Part shown: in pieces, positions 19,068 to 29,246 of the stretch | Layout: the number at the start of each line of letters is the position of its first letter | Position numbering within the stretch: position 1 is the first letter of the stretch | Assembly (NCBI GenBank): GCA_038209745.1 | Contig: JBBQXJ010000003.1 | Coordinates: 32,001 to 96,000, forward strand | Origin: Verrucomicrobiota bacterium | Lineage (GTDB): Bacteria; Verrucomicrobiota; Verrucomicrobiia; Limisphaerales; CANJSG01 | Direction: 5' to 3' | Length of the DNA: 64,000 nt | Translations under genes and position numbers: made by a program | Notes under the pieces: generated by a model | What the model saw: only the letters and a program-made list of their open reading frames with translations | What the model was told of the DNA's origin: nothing | Databases searched by the model: none

Positions 19068-20828
19068 ATGAAAACGACTTTGAACGTAAAGGGAATAGCG
19101 GGCCGCCGGGGAGAGCGGGGCTACGTCATGGTGGTGGTGGTCTTCATGGCGGCCCTCAGCCTGATGGTCATGGCCGCCACGCTCAGCCGGACCGGCGCCA
19201 CTTCGCGGCTCAACTCCCGCAACAATTCCTACCTCGAATGCCTTTCCGCCTCGGAGGCGGGCACGGAGCGGATCGTGGCCCGGATGATCAGCGACTACCG
19301 GAACGGCGGCGATGCCCTCGTGACCGCCAATCTGGGACAATACCGGACCAATGTGCCCTCGGCCTCGGACAGTCCCTATTGGTCAAGCTTCGTCTTCTCG
19401 GACGCGATGGGAAACCTCGGCCGCACCTACGTGCAGGTCACCTCCAACTACAGCTACGTCCAGCTGGAATCCCAGTATGCCGGGCTCGGAGGATTCGCCA
19501 CGGGCTACCGGGTGATCTCGAACGCCCGGCCCGCCTCGGGACAGACCAGCGTGGTCAACGCGGTCCAGCAGGACCTGCAACTGGCGACGATCCCGGTCTT
19601 CCAGTTCGCGATCTTTTACAGCGGCCTCCTTGAATTCACTTGGGCCGCGCCGTTCACCGTTCGCGGCCGGACCCATTCCAACGGAAGCATCTATACCGGA
19701 TCTTCGCAGAATCTTACCTTCGAGGACTACGTGACCTCTTCCGGAACCATCCAGAAGAAGGCTTGGGCCGGCTACAGTCTCGGCGCGATGTCCGGGGGCA
19801 TCGGCTATGGCGGGGGCAGCAGCACCAACGTGCCTTCCCTCACCCTGCCGATCGGGACGAACAACACGTCCTCCGCCGTCCGGGAGATCCTCAACATCCC
19901 GCCTTCCGGCGAGAGCCCGACCTCGGCCATGGGGAAGGAGCGATACTACAACAAGGCCAATATGATCCTGTTGGTGAGCAATTCGACCGTGCAGTTGATG
20001 CTCCAGAGCAACTATACCGCGACCATCACGCTGCAGTGGACCAACAGCCTGTCGGCCTTCGTGAACACCAACGTCAGTTTCTACGACGCACGCGAAGGAC
20101 AGACCGTTCTCGCGACCGAGATCGACGCAGGGAAGTTGACCAAATGGCTGGCTACGAATGCGGCGGTCAGTTCGGTTGCTACCGCTCCGATCATCCTTTA
20201 TGTGGCGGACAATCGGTCCGCGGCCTCCAAGCTGGAGTCCATTCGCCTGGTCAACGGGACGACTCTGCCGACCTCCGGTTTCACGCTCGCGACCCCCAAT
20301 CCTCTCTATGTTTTGGGCCACTACAACGTGACCAACAGCAGCCATTTGGGCACCACCAACACGTCGTCGAGCGTCCCGGCCTCGTTGGCCTCGGATGCGC
20401 TGACCATCCTGTCGAGCAACTGGGCCGATTCGAAGAGCGCCTATTCGCTCGGCAGCCGCAACAAGGCCGTCGACACCACCGTGAACGCCGCGGTTCTCAC
20501 CGGCATCGTGCCCAGCGGGGGAGCCGATGGCTCTTCGCCGTTCAGCGGCGGGGTCATGAATGTTCCCCGCCTTCTGGAGGACTGGGGCAACGGCTCGAAG
20601 CATCTCACCTTGAACACCTCGCTCGTGAACCTCTTCAACAGCGCCCGGGCGCTAGGGGCCTGGGACACTCCGGGTGTCTTCTACTACGCGCCTTCGCGCG
20701 ACTTCAGCTTCGACCTGAACTTCAAGAATCCGAGCCGCCTGCCTCCGGGCACGCCGCAGCTTGGCACGTTCATCCGGGGTCGCTGGTATAACGCCCCCGC
20801 CGGAGTCACCAACTATGCCGGCCTTTGA
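19068..20828 (+). CDS. PilX/GspK-like large minor pilin
   Basis: ERG|YVMVVVV without Glu5; SEAG.E; PVFQFAIFY; HSNG; C-terminal SGGVMNVPRLLEDW...YYAPSR...LPPGTP. Confidence 0.78.
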   Translation: MKTTLNVKGIAGRRGERGYVMVVVVFMAALSLMVMAATLSRTGATSRLNSRNNSYLECLSASEAGTERIVARMISDYRNGGDALVTANLGQYRTNVPSASDSPYWSSFVFSDAMGNLGRTYVQVTSNYSYVQLESQYAGLGGFATGYRVISNARPASGQTSVVNAVQQDLQLATIPVFQFAIFYSGLLEFTWAAPFTVRGRTHSNGSIYTGSSQNLTFEDYVTSSGTIQKKAWAGYSLGAMSGGIGYGGGSSTNVPSLTLPIGTNNTSSAVREILNIPPSGESPTSAMGKERYYNKANMILLVSNSTVQLMLQSNYTATITLQWTNSLSAFVNTNVSFYDAREGQTVLATEIDAGKLTKWLATNAAVSSVATAPIILYVADNRSAASKLESIRLVNGTTLPTSGFTLATPNPLYVLGHYNVTNSSHLGTTNTSSSVPASLASDALTILSSNWADSKSAYSLGSRNKAVDTTVNAAVLTGIVPSGGADGSSPFSGGVMNVPRLLEDWGNGSKHLTLNTSLVNLFNSARALGAWDTPGVFYYAPSRDFSFDLNFKNPSRLPPGTPQLGTFIRGRWYNAPAGVTNYAGL

Positions 20829-20829
20829 G

Positions 20830-21459
20830 ATGATTCTGTCTCTCGGTCGAAGGATCTTTGCCGGGATCGGGGTTTCTTTGGTTCTTCTCGCCGCCGCCGG
20901 ACCCGCCTTTGGGCAGAAGGTGGTGGATCCGACGTTTCGGCTCTCCAGCCGGGTGGAAGCGCTGGAAGGGATGGGGGTTCGGCAGCGGGCGTTTGTCGCC
21001 TGCGGAACGAACGAGTTCTGCGTTCTTTTGCCGCGAGGCTACAATGGGACTCTGGAAGGCGCTCAATCGCTGGTCTTGTCCGGGCCGGACAATCTCACGT
21101 TCGTGTCGATTGCGCGGGTGGCCGTCGACTCGGTGGCGGGCAAGGAACTGGACACCGGCAAGTGCCTTGCCGCCTTGATGGCCGACTATCCCGGGGCGAC
21201 GATCCTTGAGGAGATGACGCTCGGGGCGGGCAATCGTGTTGGCCCGGCGTTCGACCTCGTCTGGGTCGCGCCCACCAAGATGGTCAGTCGGATCCGCGTG
21301 GCCTACGTTCCCGGACCGGTTGGCGTCCTGCGGTTCACTCTCTCCACGACCGCCGAACGTTTTGCCTCGGTCCGGTTCGATCTCAACAGCGTGATGTCGA
21401 CCCTGGTTGCTGGTCCGAAAGGCGGGCTAGAGGTGCCGCGACTGTCGAATCTTTTCTGA
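20830..21459 (+). CDS. Hypothetical exported protein
   Basis: Starts 1 nt after the PilX-like stop; signal-peptide-like N-terminus. Confidence 0.6.
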   Translation: MILSLGRRIFAGIGVSLVLLAAAGPAFGQKVVDPTFRLSSRVEALEGMGVRQRAFVACGTNEFCVLLPRGYNGTLEGAQSLVLSGPDNLTFVSIARVAVDSVAGKELDTGKCLAALMADYPGATILEEMTLGAGNRVGPAFDLVWVAPTKMVSRIRVAYVPGPVGVLRFTLSTTAERFASVRFDLNSVMSTLVAGPKGGLEVPRLSNLF

Positions 21460-21540
21460 TCGAAGGTCCGTTGAGAGAATAGCGCCCGAGAGCCTTCTGT
21501 CCTCTTGGAATCCTCCCGTCACGCGGCTAGGTTCAAGGCC

Positions 21541-22938
21541 ATGCCTGAGAAGTCTGTCAGCCAGGTGCCGCGCGCCCTTCGGGAACAATACGAAAAAGGG
21601 TTGGCCGCGTTTCAGCGGAACAACTTCGACTACGCCCTCCAGTTGTTGAACGCCGTTCTGGACCAGGAGCCTGGTTTTCTCGACGCCCGCCAGACTCTCC
21701 GGGCCACCCAGTTCAAGAAACCCAAGGAAAAAGCCGGTTTCTTCAAGAAGCTCGTCGGGTCCGCCACCTCTTCGCCGGCTTTGGCCAAGGGCCAGATCCA
21801 GCTCCGCTCCAACCCCAAGGAAGCGCTCTCCACCGCCGAAAGCGTCCTCAACGTCGACGCGGGGAACGCCGCCGCCCACAAGATCGTCGCCGACGCCGCT
21901 CTCCAGCTCGATCTTCCCAAGACCGCCACGCTTTCATTGGAGATCGTGGTGAAAGCCGATCCCGCCGACCGGAAATCCGTTCGAGCCCTCGCTGATCTCT
22001 ACTTCAAGCAGGACCAGCTCCAGAAGGCGCAGGATCTTTATGCCCGGTTGATCGAAGCCAGCCCGCTCGATCCCGAGCTCCAGCAGACGCTCAAGAACCT
22101 GCACGCCCGCCGGATGCTTTTGGAGAAGGGCTACGGCGCCATCGAGTCCGGCCGGTCCTCCTACCGCGACCTGCTTCGCGACGAAGCCGGGTCGATCGCG
22201 CTGGAGCAGGCCAATCGCCAAGTGAAGGATACGGGCGTGGTCGACCGCCTGATTCTGGAATACGAGGCGAAGCTCGAAGCGGAGCCCGACAACCGCAATC
22301 TCATCCGGAACATCGCCGACCTCCTCGTGCAGAAGAAGGAGTTCGACCGCGCTTTGGAGTTTTACGAGCGGATCCTGGCGGTGGAAGGCACGCGGGACCC
22401 GACCTTGGAGAAGTCCCTGACCGACTTGAAACGCCGCCGACTGGACCACTTGGCCTCCCAGCTCGATCCAGCCGCCGCCGACCACGAGGAGGCCAGGACC
22501 CGCCTGCACCAGGAGCGCGACGACCTGGTCCTCGCCGAGTGCCAGGCGCGGGTCCAACGGTTTCCCTCGGATCTACAGATCCGGTTCGAACTGGGCGAAC
22601 TCCTCTTCAAAGCCGGCCGGCACGCCGAGGCCATCCAGGAGTTCCAGCGGTCGCAGAACAATCCCCAGAAGCGCATCCCCTCGATGAACTTCCTGGGCCA
22701 GTGCTTCGCCGTCCGGAGGATGAACGACCTCGCGGTCCGCACCTTCCAGAATGCGCTGAAAGAAAAGCCGGTCCTCGACGACGAGAAGAAAGAGCTCCTC
22801 TACCACCTCGGCTGTGCGATGGAGAAGATGGGCCAGGCCGAAGGGGCGATGGACCAGTTCAAGCAGATCTACGAAGTGGACATCGGCTATCGCGACGTCG
22901 CGGCCAAGGTGGATGCCTTCTACGCGGCCCAAGGGTGA
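21541..22938 (+). CDS. Tetratricopeptide repeat protein
   Basis: Multiple TPR-like helical repeats; ends IYEVDIGYRDVAAKVD. Confidence 0.85.
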   Translation: MPEKSVSQVPRALREQYEKGLAAFQRNNFDYALQLLNAVLDQEPGFLDARQTLRATQFKKPKEKAGFFKKLVGSATSSPALAKGQIQLRSNPKEALSTAESVLNVDAGNAAAHKIVADAALQLDLPKTATLSLEIVVKADPADRKSVRALADLYFKQDQLQKAQDLYARLIEASPLDPELQQTLKNLHARRMLLEKGYGAIESGRSSYRDLLRDEAGSIALEQANRQVKDTGVVDRLILEYEAKLEAEPDNRNLIRNIADLLVQKKEFDRALEFYERILAVEGTRDPTLEKSLTDLKRRRLDHLASQLDPAAADHEEARTRLHQERDDLVLAECQARVQRFPSDLQIRFELGELLFKAGRHAEAIQEFQRSQNNPQKRIPSMNFLGQCFAVRRMNDLAVRTFQNALKEKPVLDDEKKELLYHLGCAMEKMGQAEGAMDQFKQIYEVDIGYRDVAAKVDAFYAAQG

Positions 22939-22961
22939 CGTCCGCAAAACGTTCTCCGCGC

Positions 22962-23972
22962 CTACCCGTCACTCGCGGGAACGCCGTCTCGGAACCAATG
23001 CACGGCCTCCCTCAGCGCTTCCCGGGGTGGCGTCTGCGGCAGTCCCAGCTCCCGGATGGCCTTCGCCGGATTGAACCACATTTTGTCCGCCGCCATCCGG
23101 ACTCCGGCCAGCGGTGCTCTTGGAGGATGCCCGGTCAGCTTGGCCAAGCCCTCGCTCGCGAAGGCGGCGCCAAAGGCGCACCACAGCGGCAGCCGGATCT
23201 TCGGGGCGGGGAGCCCGCTCAGTTCCTCCAGATGCTGCATCATCTGGCGCAGCGTCCAGTTCCCGTCCGCATTGCCCAGAATGTAGCGTTCGCCGATCCG
23301 GCCCCGTTCCGCCGCCAGGACATGGCCTTCGGCCACGTCACGGACTGAAACCCAGTTCAGGCCCGTATCCACATAGGCCGGTAGGCGGCGCCGGAGGAAA
23401 TCGCGGAGGATCAGTCCCGTCGGTGTCGGCTTCAGGTCCCAGGCGCCGACCGGGGCCGTCGGGTTGACGATGATGACGGGCGCGCCCTGCGCCGCCATGG
23501 TCGCGGCCACCTGTTCCGCCCGCCACTTCGAGAGCTTGTAGGGATTGGTCATCTCCGCCTCCTTGGCGATGCAGCCCTCGTCGGCCGGTGAGATCGCCGC
23601 ATTGGCGAGGCCGATACATCCTGCGGTGCTCGTGTGGATGATTCGGGAACAACCTGCCTCGGTCGCCGCCGCCAACACCCGGCGGGTGCCCTCGACATTG
23701 GTGGCGAACATCGGTCCGTAGTCCGGGAGCCACAGATGGTAGCTGGCGGCCAAATGGAAGCACCAGTCGACGCCTTCCAAGGCAGCTCGCAGGCCCGATG
23801 GATCCGTGAGGTAGTCCGATTCGATCCGGCGAACTTCGCATCCGGCTAGCGCGCTTCGATCTGTGCCCGGTCGCAGCAGGGCCGTCACGTGGTGTCCGCG
23901 GGTTCGGAGCGCGCGGACCACATGTGCCCCGATGAAACCGGACGCGCCGGTGACCAGACAACGTGCGGCCAT
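22962..23972 (-). CDS. NAD-dependent epimerase/dehydratase, HpnA-like
   Basis: TGASGFIG, YKLSK, VNPTAPVG.WD.KPTPTG, DTGLNWV.V.DVAEGH. Confidence 0.88.
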   Translation of the reverse strand: MAARCLVTGASGFIGAHVVRALRTRGHHVTALLRPGTDRSALAGCEVRRIESDYLTDPSGLRAALEGVDWCFHLAASYHLWLPDYGPMFATNVEGTRRVLAAATEAGCSRIIHTSTAGCIGLANAAISPADEGCIAKEAEMTNPYKLSKWRAEQVAATMAAQGAPVIIVNPTAPVGAWDLKPTPTGLILRDFLRRRLPAYVDTGLNWVSVRDVAEGHVLAAERGRIGERYILGNADGNWTLRQMMQHLEELSGLPAPKIRLPLWCAFGAAFASEGLAKLTGHPPRAPLAGVRMAADKMWFNPAKAIRELGLPQTPPREALREAVHWFRDGVPASDG

Positions 23973-24198
23973 TGGGCGGGCTGATTAGTCGAGCAGCCCG
24001 CAGCCGGAAAGCCATTTCTGTCGCGGTCTCGAAGCGCCCGTCTCTCCTGCGGTCGGAATGTTCGAAGTCTGTTCCTGTCCGGCCGTTGCGCAGACCGGAG
24101 GAAACCCGAGAACGGAGAGGGGTGAGCGTCGCGGCGGTGCGCTTCGAAGAATGGGGTTGGACACGGGCGATCTTCAGGCAACTATAAGTTTCATTCTT

Positions 24199-24618
24199 AT
24201 GCCCAAGAAACCTACATCCCGCCGCCGCCTGACCCGCAAGCAGCAGCGTGATATCGACATCGAGATCGGCTTCCTGGAGGGACTCGTCCGGCGCGATCCC
24301 GAATACGTGGAGGCCTTGGAGATTCTCGGTGACGGCTACACCAAGCGCGGGCGCTTCGAAGAGGGGCTTGGCATCGACCAACAGCTCGTCGCCCTGCGTC
24401 CGACCGATTCCGGGATGTGCTTCAATCTCGCCTGCAGCCTCTCCCTGACCAAGCGACTGGACGAAGCCCTGAACGCCCTGCGCCAGGCGATCCAGTTTGG
24501 CTACAGGGACTTCGAATGGCTTCTGAAGGATCCGGACCTCCGCCGTGTCCGCGAGGACGAGCGGTTCGCGGTCATCCTCGCATTGATCGAAGGTGAACTT
24601 TCGCAGCAGGGCTCCTAG
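24199..24618 (+). CDS. Small TPR protein
   Basis: LGDGYT..GR...GL..D, FNLACSLS, GY.DF.WLL.DPDL. Confidence 0.8.
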   Translation: MPKKPTSRRRLTRKQQRDIDIEIGFLEGLVRRDPEYVEALEILGDGYTKRGRFEEGLGIDQQLVALRPTDSGMCFNLACSLSLTKRLDEALNALRQAIQFGYRDFEWLLKDPDLRRVREDERFAVILALIEGELSQQGS

Positions 24619-24627
24619 CCTGCGCGC

Positions 24628-25755
24628 ATGATCGTCCAGCATGGCGGCCAGTCCCGCCACTACCGCACCGTTACGTTCGACACGGAGGCGAACGAGCTCT
24701 GCCTGATCGAGCAGCGCCTCCTCCCGCACGAGTTCGTCCTCGTCCGCACCCGCACCTTCCGCGAAACCGCCGCCGCCATCCGCGACATGGTGGTGCGCGG
24801 CGCCGGCGCCATCGGTGCGACCGCCGCTTACGGATTGGCCCAGGGCGCGCTCGCCTTTCGGGGGAAGGATCCGGGGCGTTTCGCCGACCACATGGAGAAG
24901 GTTTTCCAAGCCTTGAAGGACGCCCGTCCCACCGCCGTGGATCCGGTGAATGCCATGCTCGATGTCCGACGGGCGATGCTCCCCGGCGAGACCGTCGTCG
25001 AACAGCAGGCCTTGGCCGTCGCCGCCGCCGAGGGCTTTGCCAACGAAGACGTGGATCATTGCCGCGCCATCGGGAAACACGGAGCGAAGCTGATCCGCAA
25101 CGGCATGAACGTGCTCACGCATTGCAACGCCGGTTGGCTTGCTTTCGTGGACTATGGCAGCGCCACGGCTCCGATGTATGCGGCCCAGGAAAAGGGGCGG
25201 TCCTTCCACGTTTTTTGCGATGAAACCCGCCCCCGCAGCCAAGGCGCGACCCTCACCGCCTGGGAGTTGGCCCAGCAGGGCGTTCCGCACCACATCATCG
25301 CGGACAACGCCGCCGGCCATTTCATGCAGCGCGGCGAGATCGACCTCGTCATCGTCGGCAGCGACCGCACTCTCGGCCGCACGGGCGAAGTGGCCAACAA
25401 GATCGGCACCTACACCAAGGCTGTTTTGGCCCACCGGCACGGGATCCCGTTCTACGTCGCCATCCCGCTTTCGACCCTCGATTGGAGCCTTCGTCGCGGT
25501 TCGGACATCCCCATAGAAGAACGGCACGAGAGCGAAGTGCTCGGGGCCTGGGGCGTTGTGGCAAAACCCAATGCCGGGAGCCGCAGTCTGACGGGAGGAG
25601 AACGCGCCTACGTGCGGGTCGCCAACCCCGGCAGTCCGGGGCGCAATCCGGCCTTCGATGTCACGCCGGCCGAGCTGGTTACCGGCATCATCACTCCGGT
25701 GGGAATCTTCAAGCCCGGCGAATTGTGGACCAATCGGGCCCGCTTGGGGCGATGA
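24628..25755 (+). CDS. mtnA: S-methyl-5-thioribose-1-phosphate isomerase
   Basis: MVVRGAGAIG, RPTAV, LTHCNAG, DETRP..QGA.LTAWEL, ANKIGTY, NPAFDVTP. Confidence 0.95.
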   Translation: MIVQHGGQSRHYRTVTFDTEANELCLIEQRLLPHEFVLVRTRTFRETAAAIRDMVVRGAGAIGATAAYGLAQGALAFRGKDPGRFADHMEKVFQALKDARPTAVDPVNAMLDVRRAMLPGETVVEQQALAVAAAEGFANEDVDHCRAIGKHGAKLIRNGMNVLTHCNAGWLAFVDYGSATAPMYAAQEKGRSFHVFCDETRPRSQGATLTAWELAQQGVPHHIIADNAAGHFMQRGEIDLVIVGSDRTLGRTGEVANKIGTYTKAVLAHRHGIPFYVAIPLSTLDWSLRRGSDIPIEERHESEVLGAWGVVAKPNAGSRSLTGGERAYVRVANPGSPGRNPAFDVTPAELVTGIITPVGIFKPGELWTNRARLGR

Positions 25756-25925
25756 ATCCGGCCCATTCTCGCTGAACAACGTCCCGGAAACCTTCGTCTG
25801 ACACGGGTTGGATGACGGGCGTTGAAAGTCCCGGTTCGATCCGTTTTGTTGCTCGAAGCATCCAGAAGACTGCAAAAAGCCAATTGCACGTATACGTATG
25901 ATTGCCTAGGTTGCGCCATATTCGC

Positions 25926-27152
25926 ATGAGTAAACTGATAACAAGTCTGGTGGTGGCCGGCGTCCTGGCGGGCAGCGGCTTTGTTGCCTGGAAAAAGTGG
26001 GGCGGTGCCGCGATGCCAGCCCAAACCGCGGGTCGGATGCCCTCCACCGCCGTGGCGGAGAAGCGCGACATCAGCTTCGCCATCAATGTCGCCGGCGACA
26101 TTGGTCCGGCCGACCAGGTGTCCGTGCGGCCGGAGGTCAACGGCAAGATCGACAAGCTGCCGGTGGACATCGGCGACCCGGTCAAGAAGGGCGAGTTGCT
26201 TTTCAGCCTCGACGACAAGGATCTCCAGATCGGGCGCCAGCAGCAAAACGCGCAGATCGACGGCTCGAAACTGTCGCTCAAGGGCGCACAGGTAGTGCAG
26301 GACCAGGCCGAAAGGAACTTCGCCCGCTCGAAGCAGCTGTTCGGAGAACGGCTGGTCTCCCAGGAAGTCTTCGACGATTCCAAGACCACGCTGGACAGGG
26401 CCAAGAACGACGTTGCTTTGGCGGGAAACAGTTTGCTGCGCTCCGAGAAGGAACTCGCGCTGGTCGACGAGCGCCTGACCAAGACCAGGATCTTTGCTCC
26501 CTTCGACTGCACCATCCTGACCAGGCCGGTCTCGGTCGGGCAGGCGGTTTCGGGCTCCGGCGGTTTCAACAGCGGCACCGAAGTGCTGACCATCGCGAAC
26601 CTGACCGACCTCGTGATCAACGCCCACGTCAACCAAGTGGACGTCACCCGGCTTTTCGTGAACCAGGACGTCGACATCCAGATCGACTCGGTGCCCGGCC
26701 TGAAGCTCAAGGGGCTGGTGGACCGCATCGCCCCGCAGGCGACGATCAAGAACCAGATCAAGGGCTTCGCCTGCCGCATTTCCCTGAAGTCGGTGGACCC
26801 GCGCGTCCGGCCCGGCATGACGGCCAATATTTCCATACCCGTATCCTCGGCCGCCAATGTCGTCACCGTGCCGCTTTCCGCTGTGTTCACCGAGCAGGAC
26901 GGACGCTTCGTCTACGTGAAGCGTGCCGACGGAATGTTCGAGAAACGCCCGGTCCGCATCGGCGTCTCCGACTTTTTCAGGGCGGAAGTGCAGGAGGGAC
27001 TGACCGGTGGAGAAGACGTCTCGCTGGAGCCTCCCGGAGCCCGTGCCGTTGAAGCGGCCGGAGCCGGTGGCAAAGGAAAGACGGCCGGCAAGAACGCAGC
27101 GGGAGCCCGCACCAGCCTGGGCGTCGCCACGGTCCGTTCCGCCAAAGGTTGA
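25926..27152 (+). CDS. Efflux periplasmic adaptor subunit (MacA-like)
   Basis: N-terminal TM; lipoyl motifs GDPVKKGELL and IFAPFD; RPGMTA. Confidence 0.9.
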   Translation: MSKLITSLVVAGVLAGSGFVAWKKWGGAAMPAQTAGRMPSTAVAEKRDISFAINVAGDIGPADQVSVRPEVNGKIDKLPVDIGDPVKKGELLFSLDDKDLQIGRQQQNAQIDGSKLSLKGAQVVQDQAERNFARSKQLFGERLVSQEVFDDSKTTLDRAKNDVALAGNSLLRSEKELALVDERLTKTRIFAPFDCTILTRPVSVGQAVSGSGGFNSGTEVLTIANLTDLVINAHVNQVDVTRLFVNQDVDIQIDSVPGLKLKGLVDRIAPQATIKNQIKGFACRISLKSVDPRVRPGMTANISIPVSSAANVVTVPLSAVFTEQDGRFVYVKRADGMFEKRPVRIGVSDFFRAEVQEGLTGGEDVSLEPPGARAVEAAGAGGKGKTAGKNAAGARTSLGVATVRSAKG

Positions 27153-27158
27153 AGCGCC

Positions 27159-27869
<711 letters not shown>

Positions 27870-27884
27870 GGGCCTGATTTTAGC

Positions 27885-29240
27885 ATGGACCTTTGGATGG
27901 CCATTTCAGTCGGGTTGAAGGAGATCTGGGCGCACAAGTTCCGCTCACTTCTCACGATGCTCGGCATCATCCTCGGGGTCGCCAGCCTCGTGGCCATGTC
28001 CGCGCTGGTGCGGGGCATGGAGAACGGCATGAAGGAAGCCTTCGTGGCCATCGGCGGGCTCGAGCGCATCCAGGTCGTCCAGAACGACCAGCTCCCGCCC
28101 TCCCAGATGCATCTGGCGGACCAGGCCGTGGGCAACACCATGAACGACGTGACGGCCATCAGGGCGAACGTCCCCTACGTGAACCTGATCGTCCCGGAGA
28201 TCCGATTGCGCGGCATCAACGCGCGGAAGGGCGGCAAGTCCATGTTCACATGGATGGTGCTCGGCACCACGCCCGAGTATTTGGAGATCAGCCAACATCA
28301 CGTCGCGCAGGGACGGATGTTCAACGAGATCGACAACGAGATGGCGCGCAGCGTCTGCGTCATCGGGACCTTGGTGCGGGACGAACTGTTCGGGACCCCC
28401 GAGGAAACGGGCCATCCCTACGATCCAGTCGGCGAAGTCATCTATCTCAACCGCCAGCCGTTCACCGTGGTCGGCATGTTCGACCACTACGAAAGCGCCC
28501 AGGAGAAGAAGCAGCGCGAATACTTCGAGCTCCATCCGGAGGAGAAGCCGAAGGGCTCCGGCCGCGGACGGCGTCCGCGCGGGACCAGCTTTGTCTTCCA
28601 CATGAAGAACATGACGATCCTCATGCCCTTGAACACGGCCATGATGAACTTCAGGTCCGCGACGGGCACGAACAGCCTCCCGGACTACACGCTCAGCACC
28701 ATCAACCTCCGGATCGACCGTTTCGAATCCCTCGAACCCGCGCTCGGCCAGATCAGGAACGTGCTCATGTCCGTCCACAAGGGCATCGAGGACTTCGGCT
28801 TCATGACCCAGGAGGACTGGGCCGAGCGGATCAAGGTCAACATCCAGAACTCCCGTGTGAGCGGCGGCCTCATCGCCGCGATCAGCCTTTTGGTCGGCGG
28901 CATCGGCATCATGAACATCATGCTGGCCAGCATCACGGAACGCGTCCGCGAGGTCGGCCTGCGCAAGGCCGTCGGCGCGACCGGTCCCGACATCTTCGTC
29001 CAGATCCTCGTGGAAAGCGTGGTCATCGCCATCCTCGGCGGCCTGGCCGGGTTGGTCGCTTCGATGGGACTGGTCGAAGTGTTGAAGCTCGTTTCCCCGA
29101 CGGACAATTCGCCGGAAATCACCGTGACCGCGTTGGCGATCGGTTTTGCCGCGAGCGTCGCTGTCGGGATTCTGGCGGGGCTTTATCCGGCGGTGAAGGC
29201 CAGCCGACTGGAACCCATGCAGGCCCTGCGCTACGAGTAG
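27885..29240 (+). CDS. ABC transporter permease (MacB/FtsX-like) 1
   Basis: RSLLTMLGIILGV, SLLVGGIGIMNIMLASITERVREVGLRKAVGA, ALRYE. Confidence 0.94.
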   Translation: MDLWMAISVGLKEIWAHKFRSLLTMLGIILGVASLVAMSALVRGMENGMKEAFVAIGGLERIQVVQNDQLPPSQMHLADQAVGNTMNDVTAIRANVPYVNLIVPEIRLRGINARKGGKSMFTWMVLGTTPEYLEISQHHVAQGRMFNEIDNEMARSVCVIGTLVRDELFGTPEETGHPYDPVGEVIYLNRQPFTVVGMFDHYESAQEKKQREYFELHPEEKPKGSGRGRRPRGTSFVFHMKNMTILMPLNTAMMNFRSATGTNSLPDYTLSTINLRIDRFESLEPALGQIRNVLMSVHKGIEDFGFMTQEDWAERIKVNIQNSRVSGGLIAAISLLVGGIGIMNIMLASITERVREVGLRKAVGATGPDIFVQILVESVVIAILGGLAGLVASMGLVEVLKLVSPTDNSPEITVTALAIGFAASVAVGILAGLYPAVKASRLEPMQALRYE

Positions 29241-29246
29241 AAGACG

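Noticed and set aside
25820..25900. GGTTCGATCC (tRNA T-loop-like) and the ACGTATACGT palindrome
   Set aside because: No cloverleaf or acceptor stem can be built, and a single short palindrome is uninformative.
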